In this document: one piece after another, positions 28,769 to 37,783 of the stretch | Layout of the letters: each line of letters starts with the position of its first letter | How positions within the stretch are numbered: position 1 is the first letter of the stretch | Made by a program: the position numbers and the translations under genes | Notes under the pieces: generated by a model | Told to the model about the DNA's origin: nothing | Database searches by the model: none | What the model saw: only the letters and a program-made list of their open reading frames with translations | Source of the DNA: a candidate division WWE3 bacterium | GTDB lineage: Bacteria; Patescibacteriota; 4484-211; GCA-002791395 | Direction: 5' to 3' | DNA length: 64,000 nucleotides | Assembly: GCA_020429745.1 (NCBI GenBank) | Contig: JAGQKZ010000001.1 | Coordinates: 4,572 to 68,571, forward strand

Positions 28769-31420
28769 TCAGAGCTTCAGTGGCTCGGCTCCTGGAGCGC
28801 CATGACATTTTTTATACTTCTTACCACTTCCGCAAGGGCAAGGATCGTTGCGGCCGATCTGTTCCGCGTCTGACTTAACTACCGGCTGAACGTTTTGTTG
28901 CGGGTTACGAGTCGCAGGTTGCGGGTTGGGGGCAGGAGATTGTGAACTATTCGATGTAGTCGTCCCGCTCTCAAACTGCCCGACCTCTTTCTGCTGTGCT
29001 GTCGTCTTTTCTAAAACGTTGCTGTCTTGCAATCTCACAGACTCCGGGGTTTGAATCCTAATCTTGTGGAAACGATTTACGATCTCGTAGTCGATACTGC
29101 TAATCAGCTGCTCAAACATCCGATAACCTTCATTCTTAAACTCCACCAGCGGCTCGCGCTGACCATATCCGCGAAGGCCGATACCGGCACGCAACTCATC
29201 AAGTGCGTCGATATGCTCCATCCATAAATGATCGATCGTGGTGAGGAAAACATATTTCAACAACTCATCAAAGTTAAGCTTGGGCAAGATCGCCTTCTTA
29301 GCGTTGAGATCGTTTGTAAACGCTTCCACATCTTCGGCATACTGCTCGGCCTTTTTTATAATCTCAGTCTCGAGATTAAACTCTCCGGTATCAAATCGTG
29401 GATCGCCAAGCTCCAGCAATCGACGCCGGCGCTTATAAATAATCTCACGCTGCTTGTTGATCACATCGTCGTATTCAACAAGGTGCTTTCTGATGTCAAA
29501 GTTATGACCTTCCACTTTCTGCTGCGCGCTTTCAATAGATCGACTAATCATCGAGTTCTCAATCGGCATGTCGTCTGGGAGATTAAACCTCGTCATAAGA
29601 CCTGCGATACGATCGCCACCAAAGATTCTCATTAAGTTATCATCAAGACCAACGTAAAAACGGGACGCGCCCGGATCTCCTTGTCTTCCAGACCGACCAC
29701 GTAACTGATTGTCAATACGCCGTGCTTCGTGACGTTCCGTGCCGATCACAAAAAGACCGCCCATCTCTTTCACGCCATCGCCCAACTTAATATCAGTACC
29801 GCGGCCCGCCATGTTGGTCGCCACCGTCACCGATCCTTTTTGCCCAGCCTGCGAAACGATCTCCGCCTCGCGCTCGTGGTTCTTTGCGTTTAAAATCTCA
29901 TGCGGCACGTTCCGACGTTTAAGAAGTTGACTAACCAGCTCGTTAAATTCAACCGAGGTCGTACCAACCAACACAGGCTGACCGGTCTTGTTTAGTTCTT
30001 CGATCTCATCAACAATAGCCTTCCACTTCGCTCGCTGATTCTTATATATTCGGTCAGGATGATCAATGCGCGCCACCTGTTTATGCGTCGGCACCGAAAC
30101 GGACTCCAAACTATAAATCTTAAAGAACTCCTCGGCCTCGGTCATGATCGTTGCACTCATACCAGACAATTTTTCGTAAAGCCTAAAGTAGTTTTGGAAA
30201 GTGATCGTCGCCACGGTCTTACTCTCCTTCTGAATCGCAACTTCTTCCTTTGCCTCAAGCGCCTGGTGCAGCCCTTCCGAGTAACGCCTGCCCTCCATCA
30301 CACGACCGGTAAATTCATCCACAATCTTGACCTCGTCGTTTTGTACTAGATAATCGACGTCGCGTTCATACGCATACTGAGCCTTTAAAGCCTGTTCCAG
30401 GTGATGCGCATACTCAAAGTTCTCGTAGACGTTATCGGTGCCGAGCCACTTTTCGATCTTTTTCACACCCAAGTCGTTCAGAAAAGCGTTCTTACCCTTC
30501 TCGTCGAGCTCGTAGTCCTCACTGTTAAGGCGTTTAACTAGGCCAGCAAACTTAACGTATAGTTCATTCGACTCTTCGGCAGGCGAGCTAATAATAAGCG
30601 GTGTGCGCGCTTCGTCGATTAAGATCGAGTCCACCTCGTCAACGATAGCGAAATGATGCACCCCGACCTCACCGTTTGCGTTTACCTGAACTAGTTGATC
30701 AAGCGAATGCACCATGTTGTCGCGCAGATAATCAAACCCAAACTCGTTATTAGTACCGTATGTTACATCTGCGGCATATGCCTCACGGCGACTCACCTCG
30801 CGCAATAGATCCCCATGGCCAAACGCAAACTTCCGCCAATTGCCATCTTCGGGTTTTAACTCCTCTGCCTTTTCTGGATCGAAGATATAAGAGACTGAGT
30901 TCGTATTGATGCAACCGATGCTAAGACCGAGCTTGGAATAAACAATCCCCATCCATTCAGCATCACGGCGAGCCAGGTAGTCGTTAACGGTGACTAGGTG
31001 TGCGCCTCTTCCCGTCAAGGCGTTTAATAACATCGGATGAACGGCGGCATGGGTCTTTCCCTCTCCCGTTTTTTGCTCAGCAGCGTTACCTTCGTGTAGC
31101 ATCAGCCCTACCATCAGCTGCTCGTCAAAAGAACGCTCATTCAACGTACGTGCAAACGTCTCCCGCACCAAAGCAAAGGCTTCCGTGACGTACTTATTTA
31201 GGGTATCTTTCTCCTGCTGCGGATAGTTCTCGTCTTTTATGTTTAAACTCTTGAGATCGTCACGAATGCGATTCTTAAGATCGTTAGCGTTTGCCAAAAG
31301 CTCTTCGTCGGACTTATTCTTATAGGAATCTTCTAGCTCGTTGATCTTTCCGAGAACAGGTTTAAGCTTATCTAAACGCTTTTGGTTGGGATCAAAGATC
31401 TTATTAATAACTCCAAACAT
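28769..31420 (-). CDS. secA: Preprotein translocase ATPase SecA
   Basis: DEAD-like motor motifs, C-terminal zinc finger [14 protein letters not shown]. Confidence 0.95.
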   Translation of the reverse strand: MFGVINKIFDPNQKRLDKLKPVLGKINELEDSYKNKSDEELLANANDLKNRIRDDLKSLNIKDENYPQQEKDTLNKYVTEAFALVRETFARTLNERSFDEQLMVGLMLHEGNAAEQKTGEGKTHAAVHPMLLNALTGRGAHLVTVNDYLARRDAEWMGIVYSKLGLSIGCINTNSVSYIFDPEKAEELKPEDGNWRKFAFGHGDLLREVSRREAYAADVTYGTNNEFGFDYLRDNMVHSLDQLVQVNANGEVGVHHFAIVDEVDSILIDEARTPLIISSPAEESNELYVKFAGLVKRLNSEDYELDEKGKNAFLNDLGVKKIEKWLGTDNVYENFEYAHHLEQALKAQYAYERDVDYLVQNDEVKIVDEFTGRVMEGRRYSEGLHQALEAKEEVAIQKESKTVATITFQNYFRLYEKLSGMSATIMTEAEEFFKIYSLESVSVPTHKQVARIDHPDRIYKNQRAKWKAIVDEIEELNKTGQPVLVGTTSVEFNELVSQLLKRRNVPHEILNAKNHEREAEIVSQAGQKGSVTVATNMAGRGTDIKLGDGVKEMGGLFVIGTERHEARRIDNQLRGRSGRQGDPGASRFYVGLDDNLMRIFGGDRIAGLMTRFNLPDDMPIENSMISRSIESAQQKVEGHNFDIRKHLVEYDDVINKQREIIYKRRRRLLELGDPRFDTGEFNLETEIIKKAEQYAEDVEAFTNDLNAKKAILPKLNFDELLKYVFLTTIDHLWMEHIDALDELRAGIGLRGYGQREPLVEFKNEGYRMFEQLISSIDYEIVNRFHKIRIQTPESVRLQDSNVLEKTTAQQKEVGQFESGTTTSNSSQSPAPNPQPATRNPQQNVQPVVKSDAEQIGRNDPCPCGSGKKYKKCHGAPGAEPLKL

Positions 31421-31440
31421 GGCATAAATTGTAGCATGTG

Positions 31441-31476
31441 AAAAAACAAGCCTGTCCAGTTTTTGATGGACAGGCT
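31441..31476 (-). terminator. Intrinsic terminator (10-bp stem agcctgtcca/tggacaggct + T6 run on minus strand) between small zinc-ribbon gene and secA
   Basis: Hairpin followed by TTTTTT when read on minus strand. Confidence 0.5.
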
Positions 31477-31477
31477 C

Positions 31478-31717
31478 TCATGAGTCTCGGTGCGCACTGC
31501 GCGAAGGCGATCCTAACGGGACCCCGCAAGACGGACAATTTTCTGCAGTCTTAAATGGGATCCTTTCCCCACATCCGCCACAACGATGTCCGCGCTTTGG
31601 GTAGTTGTTCTTTCTGAAAGACGGGCCCGCTTGGTGCATCTCTTGACCGATTGTAAGATCTCTCGTGCGCTGAGGCGACACCCCAGGTTTATCGGGTTTG
31701 GTTAGCGCCATCTGCAT
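31478..31717 (-). CDS. Small zinc-ribbon protein (C-x2-C-x17-C-x2-C), 79 aa
   Basis: ORF ends exactly at terminator hairpin; RCGGCGE...CPSCG motif; could alternatively be part of a ncRNA. Confidence 0.35.
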   Translation of the reverse strand: MQMALTKPDKPGVSPQRTRDLTIGQEMHQAGPSFRKNNYPKRGHRCGGCGERIPFKTAENCPSCGVPLGSPSRSAHRDS

Positions 31718-31740
31718 TCTCCTCTCAATGTGCTGATTTC

Positions 31741-31770
31741 TTGCAATTCTAGCACATCCCTACGTATAAT
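31741..31770 (+). promoter_or_regulatory. Putative promoter TTGCAA N18 TATAAT upstream of DUF2207-like gene
   Basis: Consensus -10, good -35, followed by GAGGAAAA SD-like and ATG. Confidence 0.4.
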
Positions 31771-31778
31771 GAGGAAAA

Positions 31779-33647
31779 ATGTTTAAACGACTTGTTTTGG
31801 CCAGCACTCTTTCTATTGTCTTTTTACTCCTTCTAAGCCCGATTTTAAGCGCAAAATCTTACTCCATCGTCTCCGACGACTTCGATCTCACCGTCAACGC
31901 CGATAGATCCGTTGACGTAACGGAGCTCCTCACCTACTCCTTTGACGGCAGCTTTACCTGGGCCGACATGTACATCCCTACAACAATTACACGTGATGGC
32001 TACGCCTACGATGTCGCGATAACCGGTTTTGATGTTATCGATAACGATGGATCGAACGTAACCGTGATCTCGGCCTCTCAAAAAGGTGACCGGTTCTATG
32101 CGCGATGGGAGTACAGCGCGTACAACGAGAACAAAGAGTTCGTCATAGATTACACGATTGAAAACGCGGTAAGTAAGTACGACGATATCGCCGAACTTTA
32201 CTGGCAGGTTATCGGCTCAGACTGGGAGATAAACCATAACAACGTCAAGATCACCGTGCATCTGCCGATCCCCGACACTGTAAGCTCAACCGCCGGAATA
32301 AACGTTTGGGGGCACGGCCCGTTAAACGGCAACTCCGAGATTGTAAATAGTAACACGGTTAAATTCACGGCTAGTAGTGTTGCAGCGGGGCAGTACATGG
32401 AGATCCGTACGGTCTTTCCGAGCAAGTACGTTAAGGGATCAACGAGCGGTAATTTAATGTTAACCGATATCCAACAAGAAGAAGCGGAATATGTGGAGCA
32501 AACGATCGCAGCCGCCAAGCGCGCACAGTTTATTGCCAAGTTAATACCTATGTACATTTTACTTGCGATAACTCTTATACCTGGCATCTGGTTGTTTATC
32601 TGGTACCGCAAGTGGTCAAAGTACGGCAAGGAGCTACCGGTCGTCGAGCAGACAAAATACTCTCAAACCATCCCTACATCGCAGCGCCCTCCCGCTGAGG
32701 TTGGTGTGCTATTAAGTCAAGGATCCGACCCGAGTGTTCCGGCATTCACCGCGACCATCTTTAACATCGCGTATAAAGGACATATTCAGATCAAGGATCA
32801 GGCAGAGCAGAAGACCGGCTTAATCGGTACAAAGCAGATAATTCACACAACCTTCACCTTCGAGGTTAAGTCCGACGCAAAAGCACTGACCCGTCACGAA
32901 CAGGAGGTTCTCGATCTATTGGTTAGCATCTCACACGCTCCAGCCTCCTTCACCGACGCGATCTTCAATCGCAAAAATGCCGCAGCTGACAAGACTGACA
33001 ACGCCGTTACGATGGACGAGTTAAAGGCGTGGTTTAAGGGCAATCCCATGAAGTTTCAAACATGGTTTGCCTCTTGGCAGAAGCACGTAAAGTCCGATGC
33101 AAATCCAAGCAACTTTTTAAACCAGGAAAGCGAAAAGGCACACAAGCAGATGTGGGTTATCACTGTAGGGATGACACTCCTTAGTCCACTAGTATTAATC
33201 TTGGGATTAATCTTAAACGGTAAGATCAAGCGCTGGTCGGACGAGGCCTCGGTCGAAGCAGCACAATGGAAAGGACTGCGCAAGTTTTTGGATGATTTTG
33301 CGAAGTTCAAGGAGCTTCCGCCCGAGAGTTACAAACTCTGGGACCAGTATCTGGTTTACGGAATACTCTTTGGTAACGCCGACAAGATATTAAAGATGCT
33401 GCCGATCATTCTGCAAAATCCAGACGCACAGGTCGCGGGTTGGTACGCGTTCTACTCGATCAACGGCATTCAAAATATGACGGCGAGTGTCGAGTCGATT
33501 AACTCCATGGTGAACTCACTAAACGTTCTTTCATCAGAGCTGCAAACGGCCTCGACATCCGCAGCGCACTACTCTTCTGGTGGTGGTGGAGGCTTCTCCG
33601 GCGGTGGCGGTGGTGGAGGCGGCGGTGGCGGTGGCGGCGCCGGATAA
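31779..33647 (+). CDS. DUF2207-like membrane protein with extracellular N-domain and C-terminal poly-Gly tail
   Basis: Signal peptide, TM helices mid-protein, terminal SSGGGGGFSGGGGGGGGGGGGGAG. Confidence 0.55.
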   Translation: MFKRLVLASTLSIVFLLLLSPILSAKSYSIVSDDFDLTVNADRSVDVTELLTYSFDGSFTWADMYIPTTITRDGYAYDVAITGFDVIDNDGSNVTVISASQKGDRFYARWEYSAYNENKEFVIDYTIENAVSKYDDIAELYWQVIGSDWEINHNNVKITVHLPIPDTVSSTAGINVWGHGPLNGNSEIVNSNTVKFTASSVAAGQYMEIRTVFPSKYVKGSTSGNLMLTDIQQEEAEYVEQTIAAAKRAQFIAKLIPMYILLAITLIPGIWLFIWYRKWSKYGKELPVVEQTKYSQTIPTSQRPPAEVGVLLSQGSDPSVPAFTATIFNIAYKGHIQIKDQAEQKTGLIGTKQIIHTTFTFEVKSDAKALTRHEQEVLDLLVSISHAPASFTDAIFNRKNAAADKTDNAVTMDELKAWFKGNPMKFQTWFASWQKHVKSDANPSNFLNQESEKAHKQMWVITVGMTLLSPLVLILGLILNGKIKRWSDEASVEAAQWKGLRKFLDDFAKFKELPPESYKLWDQYLVYGILFGNADKILKMLPIILQNPDAQVAGWYAFYSINGIQNMTASVESINSMVNSLNVLSSELQTASTSAAHYSSGGGGGFSGGGGGGGGGGGGGAG

Positions 33648-33806
33648 ATCCTTGGACAAGTCTAAAACGATCTCTTGGTTTTGCTTTTGTGATAAACTAT
33701 CGCTACCGATTTTTCAAAGAGGCCTAAGGCCTCCGAGGTATCGCACCTCTCCAATTGAGTACCCCACTACTCACCAACTTTAGCGCCATTAGAAAGGAGA
33801 AAATCA

Positions 33807-34514
33807 ATGGCATACTATCAAAAAGTATTCTCAGGACCACCAGTATCCTGGAGTACATCTCAAGCTGTTTGGGCTTTCACAAAGGAAAAGCTGACATTCC
33901 TCAAGATGATAGGTCGAAGATGGGTTGTTGGGACAGTCGCCCCCGACCTCAACAACGCCATGTTCGTCGCTTACAGCTGGAATAAGTGTCCCGCTCCTCA
34001 CAATCTATTAAGCGGGATCGGCGCAGGCGGAAGGAACATCCTTGTTCAGTGGATGGACGGAGTGGACCCAGCCCGTCAAACTCATGTCCCTGACGAGGCA
34101 ATGGTTTTGCTTCGAACCTCCTTGGCAATAGCCCCGGTCCGACAGAAAGGCCTGCTTGGGTTTCGCTCTGCAATATGGGTTCCCAGAAGGGTTACTGAGT
34201 TCAACCCCGAAGTAGTAACCCTCGTTGAACATCCAAAGGCAAAGAGTCGCGACAGAATGGGAGTGAGCAGAGAAAAGCGCGCAGCTTATGTTGCTGCAGC
34301 CTTTGACGCCAGTCGTTTGACTGCTAGCACCGCATTCGTGACCGTTCCCGGTCTTGGTTCGTGTGTAGTTGAACAATGGGTGGATGGCAAAAGTGCCTTG
34401 CAGCTTATTGCAGAGGCAGTAAGCAACGGTCAGATCACCTTTGCAACTCAGCCGCCCAATCGCACCCTGTACTACATTCCACGGAACGGGAGAATGAGTC
34501 TCCGCACCCCATAA
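33807..34514 (+). CDS. Hypothetical protein in compositionally atypical (higher GC) single-gene island
   Basis: AAGGAGAAAATCA SD, 235-aa ORF, own hairpin terminator; Trp/Arg/Ala-rich composition unlike neighbours. Confidence 0.55.
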   Translation: MAYYQKVFSGPPVSWSTSQAVWAFTKEKLTFLKMIGRRWVVGTVAPDLNNAMFVAYSWNKCPAPHNLLSGIGAGGRNILVQWMDGVDPARQTHVPDEAMVLLRTSLAIAPVRQKGLLGFRSAIWVPRRVTEFNPEVVTLVEHPKAKSRDRMGVSREKRAAYVAAAFDASRLTASTAFVTVPGLGSCVVEQWVDGKSALQLIAEAVSNGQITFATQPPNRTLYYIPRNGRMSLRTP

Positions 34515-34535
34515 CGCAGAATGATTCGTAACAGA

Positions 34536-34559
34536 AAGACCGACTCACTTGAGTCGGTC
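34536..34559. terminator. Hairpin terminator (10-bp stem agaccgactc/gagtcggtct) shared by convergent island gene and PAP2 gene (overlaps PAP2 stop codon)
   Basis: Perfect inverted repeat seen in sequence. Confidence 0.35.
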
Positions 34560-35030
34560 TTCTCCTCCTCTTAATCTCCTCTTCCTCGTCTTGAAAACTT
34601 CGGATAACAGTAGGGCAATTACCGCCCCAATACTCCCCCCAACAATCACATCGATCGGAAAGTGTACTAACAAAAGCACCCGCCCAATTCCCACGATCAA
34701 AGCAATAAATAGCGCAACAATCCCCAAACGATGTTTGGCGAGCCAAACCGAGGTCGCGATTGCAAACGCCATCGCCGTATGACCCGACGGGAATGAATCG
34801 TTTAACTTCACGAAACTAAAAGGAACGGTGACGTTCAAATCCACAAACGGTCGTTCAACAGGGAAAATTCTCTTTATCGCCTCAGTCACTAAAAAGGCCG
34901 CAAATAAAACAACGACCGTTTTTATCGTGAGTCGCTTCTCTCTTTCCAACCACAAAAGTGGAATAAACATAAGGAGGATAAACAATCCCCCATTACTAAA
35001 GATCTCGCCCAGCCACCACGATAAAGTCAT
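34545..35030 (-). CDS. PAP2-family membrane phosphatase (acid phosphatase/undecaprenyl-PP phosphatase-like)
   Basis: KRIFPVERPF, PSGH and SRVLLLVHFPIDV PAP2 motifs. Confidence 0.8.
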   Translation of the reverse strand: MTLSWWLGEIFSNGGLFILLMFIPLLWLEREKRLTIKTVVVLFAAFLVTEAIKRIFPVERPFVDLNVTVPFSFVKLNDSFPSGHTAMAFAIATSVWLAKHRLGIVALFIALIVGIGRVLLLVHFPIDVIVGGSIGAVIALLLSEVFKTRKRRLRGGEDRLK

Positions 35031-35054
35031 GAGAATACAATAACACGCAACGGG

Positions 35055-35852
35055 CTACTTAACGAACAACAAGAAGGCAGCGACGACAACCGCCAAAGCA
35101 ATGCGGTAAATCACAAACGGCTTTAAAGTATGCCCCTTTAAGAAGTTCAGGAGCCAGCGCATAACAAATATCGCTACAACGAATGTTGTAACAGCAGCAA
35201 CACCCACAAACAACCAATCCGTGTCGGTGGCACTTATTAAGTCTGGAAGCTTAACCAACCCAGCTCCCAAAGTTACAGGTACACCAAGTAAAAATGAAAA
35301 CTTCGCAGCATTGACGCGATTAACGTTTCGAAACATCCCCGCACTTATCGTAATTCCCGAGCGCGAAGTCCCTGGTATTAAAGCAAAAACCTGAGCGACG
35401 GACATGATAAACACCTCCGGCCAGTCGATCGGAACAATCGGCGGCTTTTTATTTGTGTCAACAACTGTAATCTCGGCGTAACGACTCTCAACAAACCACA
35501 TCACCAAAGCAACCATAACGAGCATCACAACAACCGTCCAAGGAGAACGCAAAAGCGATTCAATAGCGTCACCAAATAATAAACCGACAACTGCCGCCGG
35601 TATCGAAGCGATCACGATCTTTCTTAGCGACTGACTTGTGCGCCACTTCAAGAGCATACGGATCCATTCGTTTCGAAAGTAGATTAAAATTGCGAGTGCT
35701 GTGGCCAAGTGTAAAACGGCATCCACCGCCAAACCTTGATCTTGCCAACCTAAAAGATCAGGAAGAAGAATTAAATGACCGGAAGAGCTGATCGGCAAAA
35801 ATTCGGTAACACCTTGTACAACTCCTAAAACCAACGCGTGAATGATATTCAT
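35055..35852 (-). CDS. uppP: Undecaprenyl-diphosphatase UppP/BacA
   Basis: GVVQGVTEFLPISSSGHL and PGTSRSGITISAGM motifs. Confidence 0.9.
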   Translation of the reverse strand: MNIIHALVLGVVQGVTEFLPISSSGHLILLPDLLGWQDQGLAVDAVLHLATALAILIYFRNEWIRMLLKWRTSQSLRKIVIASIPAAVVGLLFGDAIESLLRSPWTVVVMLVMVALVMWFVESRYAEITVVDTNKKPPIVPIDWPEVFIMSVAQVFALIPGTSRSGITISAGMFRNVNRVNAAKFSFLLGVPVTLGAGLVKLPDLISATDTDWLFVGVAAVTTFVVAIFVMRWLLNFLKGHTLKPFVIYRIALAVVVAAFLLFVK

Positions 35853-35929
35853 TGGTGTATTGTACTACGCGAGCCGTGATTTCTGATACCCCTGGTGTCA
35901 TCTCGCAATTCGGTGTTAGAATCCTAACC

Positions 35930-36349
35930 ATGGACGATCGTCATATTGGTGTCGGTGCTGGGGTGATTATAATAAAAGGCAACCAAACTTTGCTTACAAA
36001 ACGCAAAGGTTCGCACGGTGAGGGGACTTACGGATCGCTTGGCGGACATGTTGAATTCGGAGAAACACCGACGGACGCCGTACGAAGGGAAGCGATGGAA
36101 GAATTGGGTGTTACTTTGAAGAACATTAATTTCGTCTCCTGTACGAACATGGTGAAATACGGCAAACATTACGTAGACATAACTTTCTTCGCTGAAATAG
36201 AGACGGGAGAACCGACTATCATGGAGCCCGGAAGAATCGAAAGTGTTGGTTGGTATAAACTCACAAATTTACCGAGCCCTTTATTTGAACCAGTTCGAAT
36301 CGCTCTCGATGCATATAAAAACAAGACTAGTTACTTCGAGGTGCAATAA
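35930..36349 (+). CDS. NUDIX hydrolase (ATG at 35930; ORF could extend to TTG at 35852)
   Basis: Nudix box GGHVEFGETPTDAVRREAMEELGV. Confidence 0.8.
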   Translation: MDDRHIGVGAGVIIIKGNQTLLTKRKGSHGEGTYGSLGGHVEFGETPTDAVRREAMEELGVTLKNINFVSCTNMVKYGKHYVDITFFAEIETGEPTIMEPGRIESVGWYKLTNLPSPLFEPVRIALDAYKNKTSYFEVQ

Positions 36350-37670
36350 CATCCTTGCCGACGTAATCACGTAAGACTTCGGGAACGACAACGCTACCAT
36401 CTTTCTGCTGATAGTTATCTAAGATTGCAATTATCGTTCTCCCCATCGGACAGCCGGTGTCGTTAACGTTGTGAACAAATTGACGCTTGCCATCGGCATC
36501 AACGTACTTAGTGTTGTAGCGCCTGGCCTGATAATCTTTCGCGTTGGTGTTACTTCCAAGTTCGATAAACTCACCTTGCGAAGGAAGCCACACCTCGAAG
36601 TCGTACTTCTTTGACGTGGCAAAATAACCTGCATCTCCTGCGCACATGGTAATTACGTGATATGGCAGACCGAGCTGTTGGAAGAACCACTCGTTAATCT
36701 CGCGAAGATACTCTTGCATCGCATCCGACTCTTCCGGCTTACAGATAAGATCCATCTCGAGTTTATCGAACTGATGCACACGTTTAATGCCGCGCACATC
36801 CTTGCCCCACGAACCGACCTCAGTGCGAAAACACGTTGTGTAGGCAAAGAACTTTTGCGGTAGATCTTTCTCGTCAACGACCTTATCCATGTAGTAAGAG
36901 AACAGTGACGGCTCAGAGGAACCAACGAGATAAAGCTGATTATTGTCTTCAACGGCATCAGAGTCGATCTTGTAGACCTGATCAGCATCGCCCGGGAAAT
37001 GCGCAGAACCGTAAAGAGCCCGTTCGCGAACCATAAGTGGCACAACCATTGGGGTAAAACCTTCATGAAGTAGTTTCTTCTTTAATATTTCAAACAACCC
37101 ATACTGCATGAGCGCCGCCTCGTTTTTAAGATACGCAAATCGACTGCCGGAGACTAAAGCACTCTGCTGGATATCAATTAGATCAAGCGACTCCCCGAGT
37201 TCAAGATGATCCTTTGGTTCAAAGTCGAGTTTGGGCATCGCAGCAGAACTTTTGTCGCGGCCGCCGACCTCATCTTCGGATAGATAACCCTTGACGGGAA
37301 CCCAAGCGATAAACTCTACGTTATCTTCATCACCTGCACCGTCAGGAACGCTTTCGTCGAGCATGTTCGGGAACCAATCCATGTGCCACTGCCACTGATT
37401 GTTGATTACCGAAAGCTCCTCTTCGATCTTTTTGATCTCCTCTTTTAACCTCTTTCCCTCTTCTATGACCTCAGGGGACGGGCGATCATGTACGGAAGAC
37501 ATCTCGTTACGACGTGCGCGAAGCTCATCAGCTCGGGTCATTAGTCCATTTCGCTTTGTGTCGATTCCCAAAAACGCATCGACATCAAACTGCTCGCCGG
37601 TTAAACCACGCCTTTTAATGTTTTCTTTTACCTGATCTGGATTTTCACGGATGAAGTTTATATCGAGCAT
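36327..37670 (-). CDS. serS: Seryl-tRNA synthetase (start at MLDINFIREN; ORF extends to 37709)
   Basis: N-terminal coiled-coil, class II motifs, TGCPMGRTIIAILDNYQ end. Confidence 0.9.
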   Translation of the reverse strand: MLDINFIRENPDQVKENIKRRGLTGEQFDVDAFLGIDTKRNGLMTRADELRARRNEMSSVHDRPSPEVIEEGKRLKEEIKKIEEELSVINNQWQWHMDWFPNMLDESVPDGAGDEDNVEFIAWVPVKGYLSEDEVGGRDKSSAAMPKLDFEPKDHLELGESLDLIDIQQSALVSGSRFAYLKNEAALMQYGLFEILKKKLLHEGFTPMVVPLMVRERALYGSAHFPGDADQVYKIDSDAVEDNNQLYLVGSSEPSLFSYYMDKVVDEKDLPQKFFAYTTCFRTEVGSWGKDVRGIKRVHQFDKLEMDLICKPEESDAMQEYLREINEWFFQQLGLPYHVITMCAGDAGYFATSKKYDFEVWLPSQGEFIELGSNTNAKDYQARRYNTKYVDADGKRQFVHNVNDTGCPMGRTIIAILDNYQQKDGSVVVPEVLRDYVGKDVIAPRSN

Positions 37671-37783
37671 ATCTATCTTGGATTCTTTGCTATGAGGCAA
37701 TGATAGCATAATTGTTAAGACATTCAGCTTTGGCTTTTAACGTGGAGGTTCTTCCTATATAATGAGCAGGTTTACCAATAATA

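Noticed and set aside
33949-34746. Minus-strand ORFs (74, 122, 103 aa) across the higher-GC island
   Set aside because: Long antisense ORFs are expected in GC-rich sequence. The plus-strand ORF has an SD and a terminator, and the antisense ones do not.
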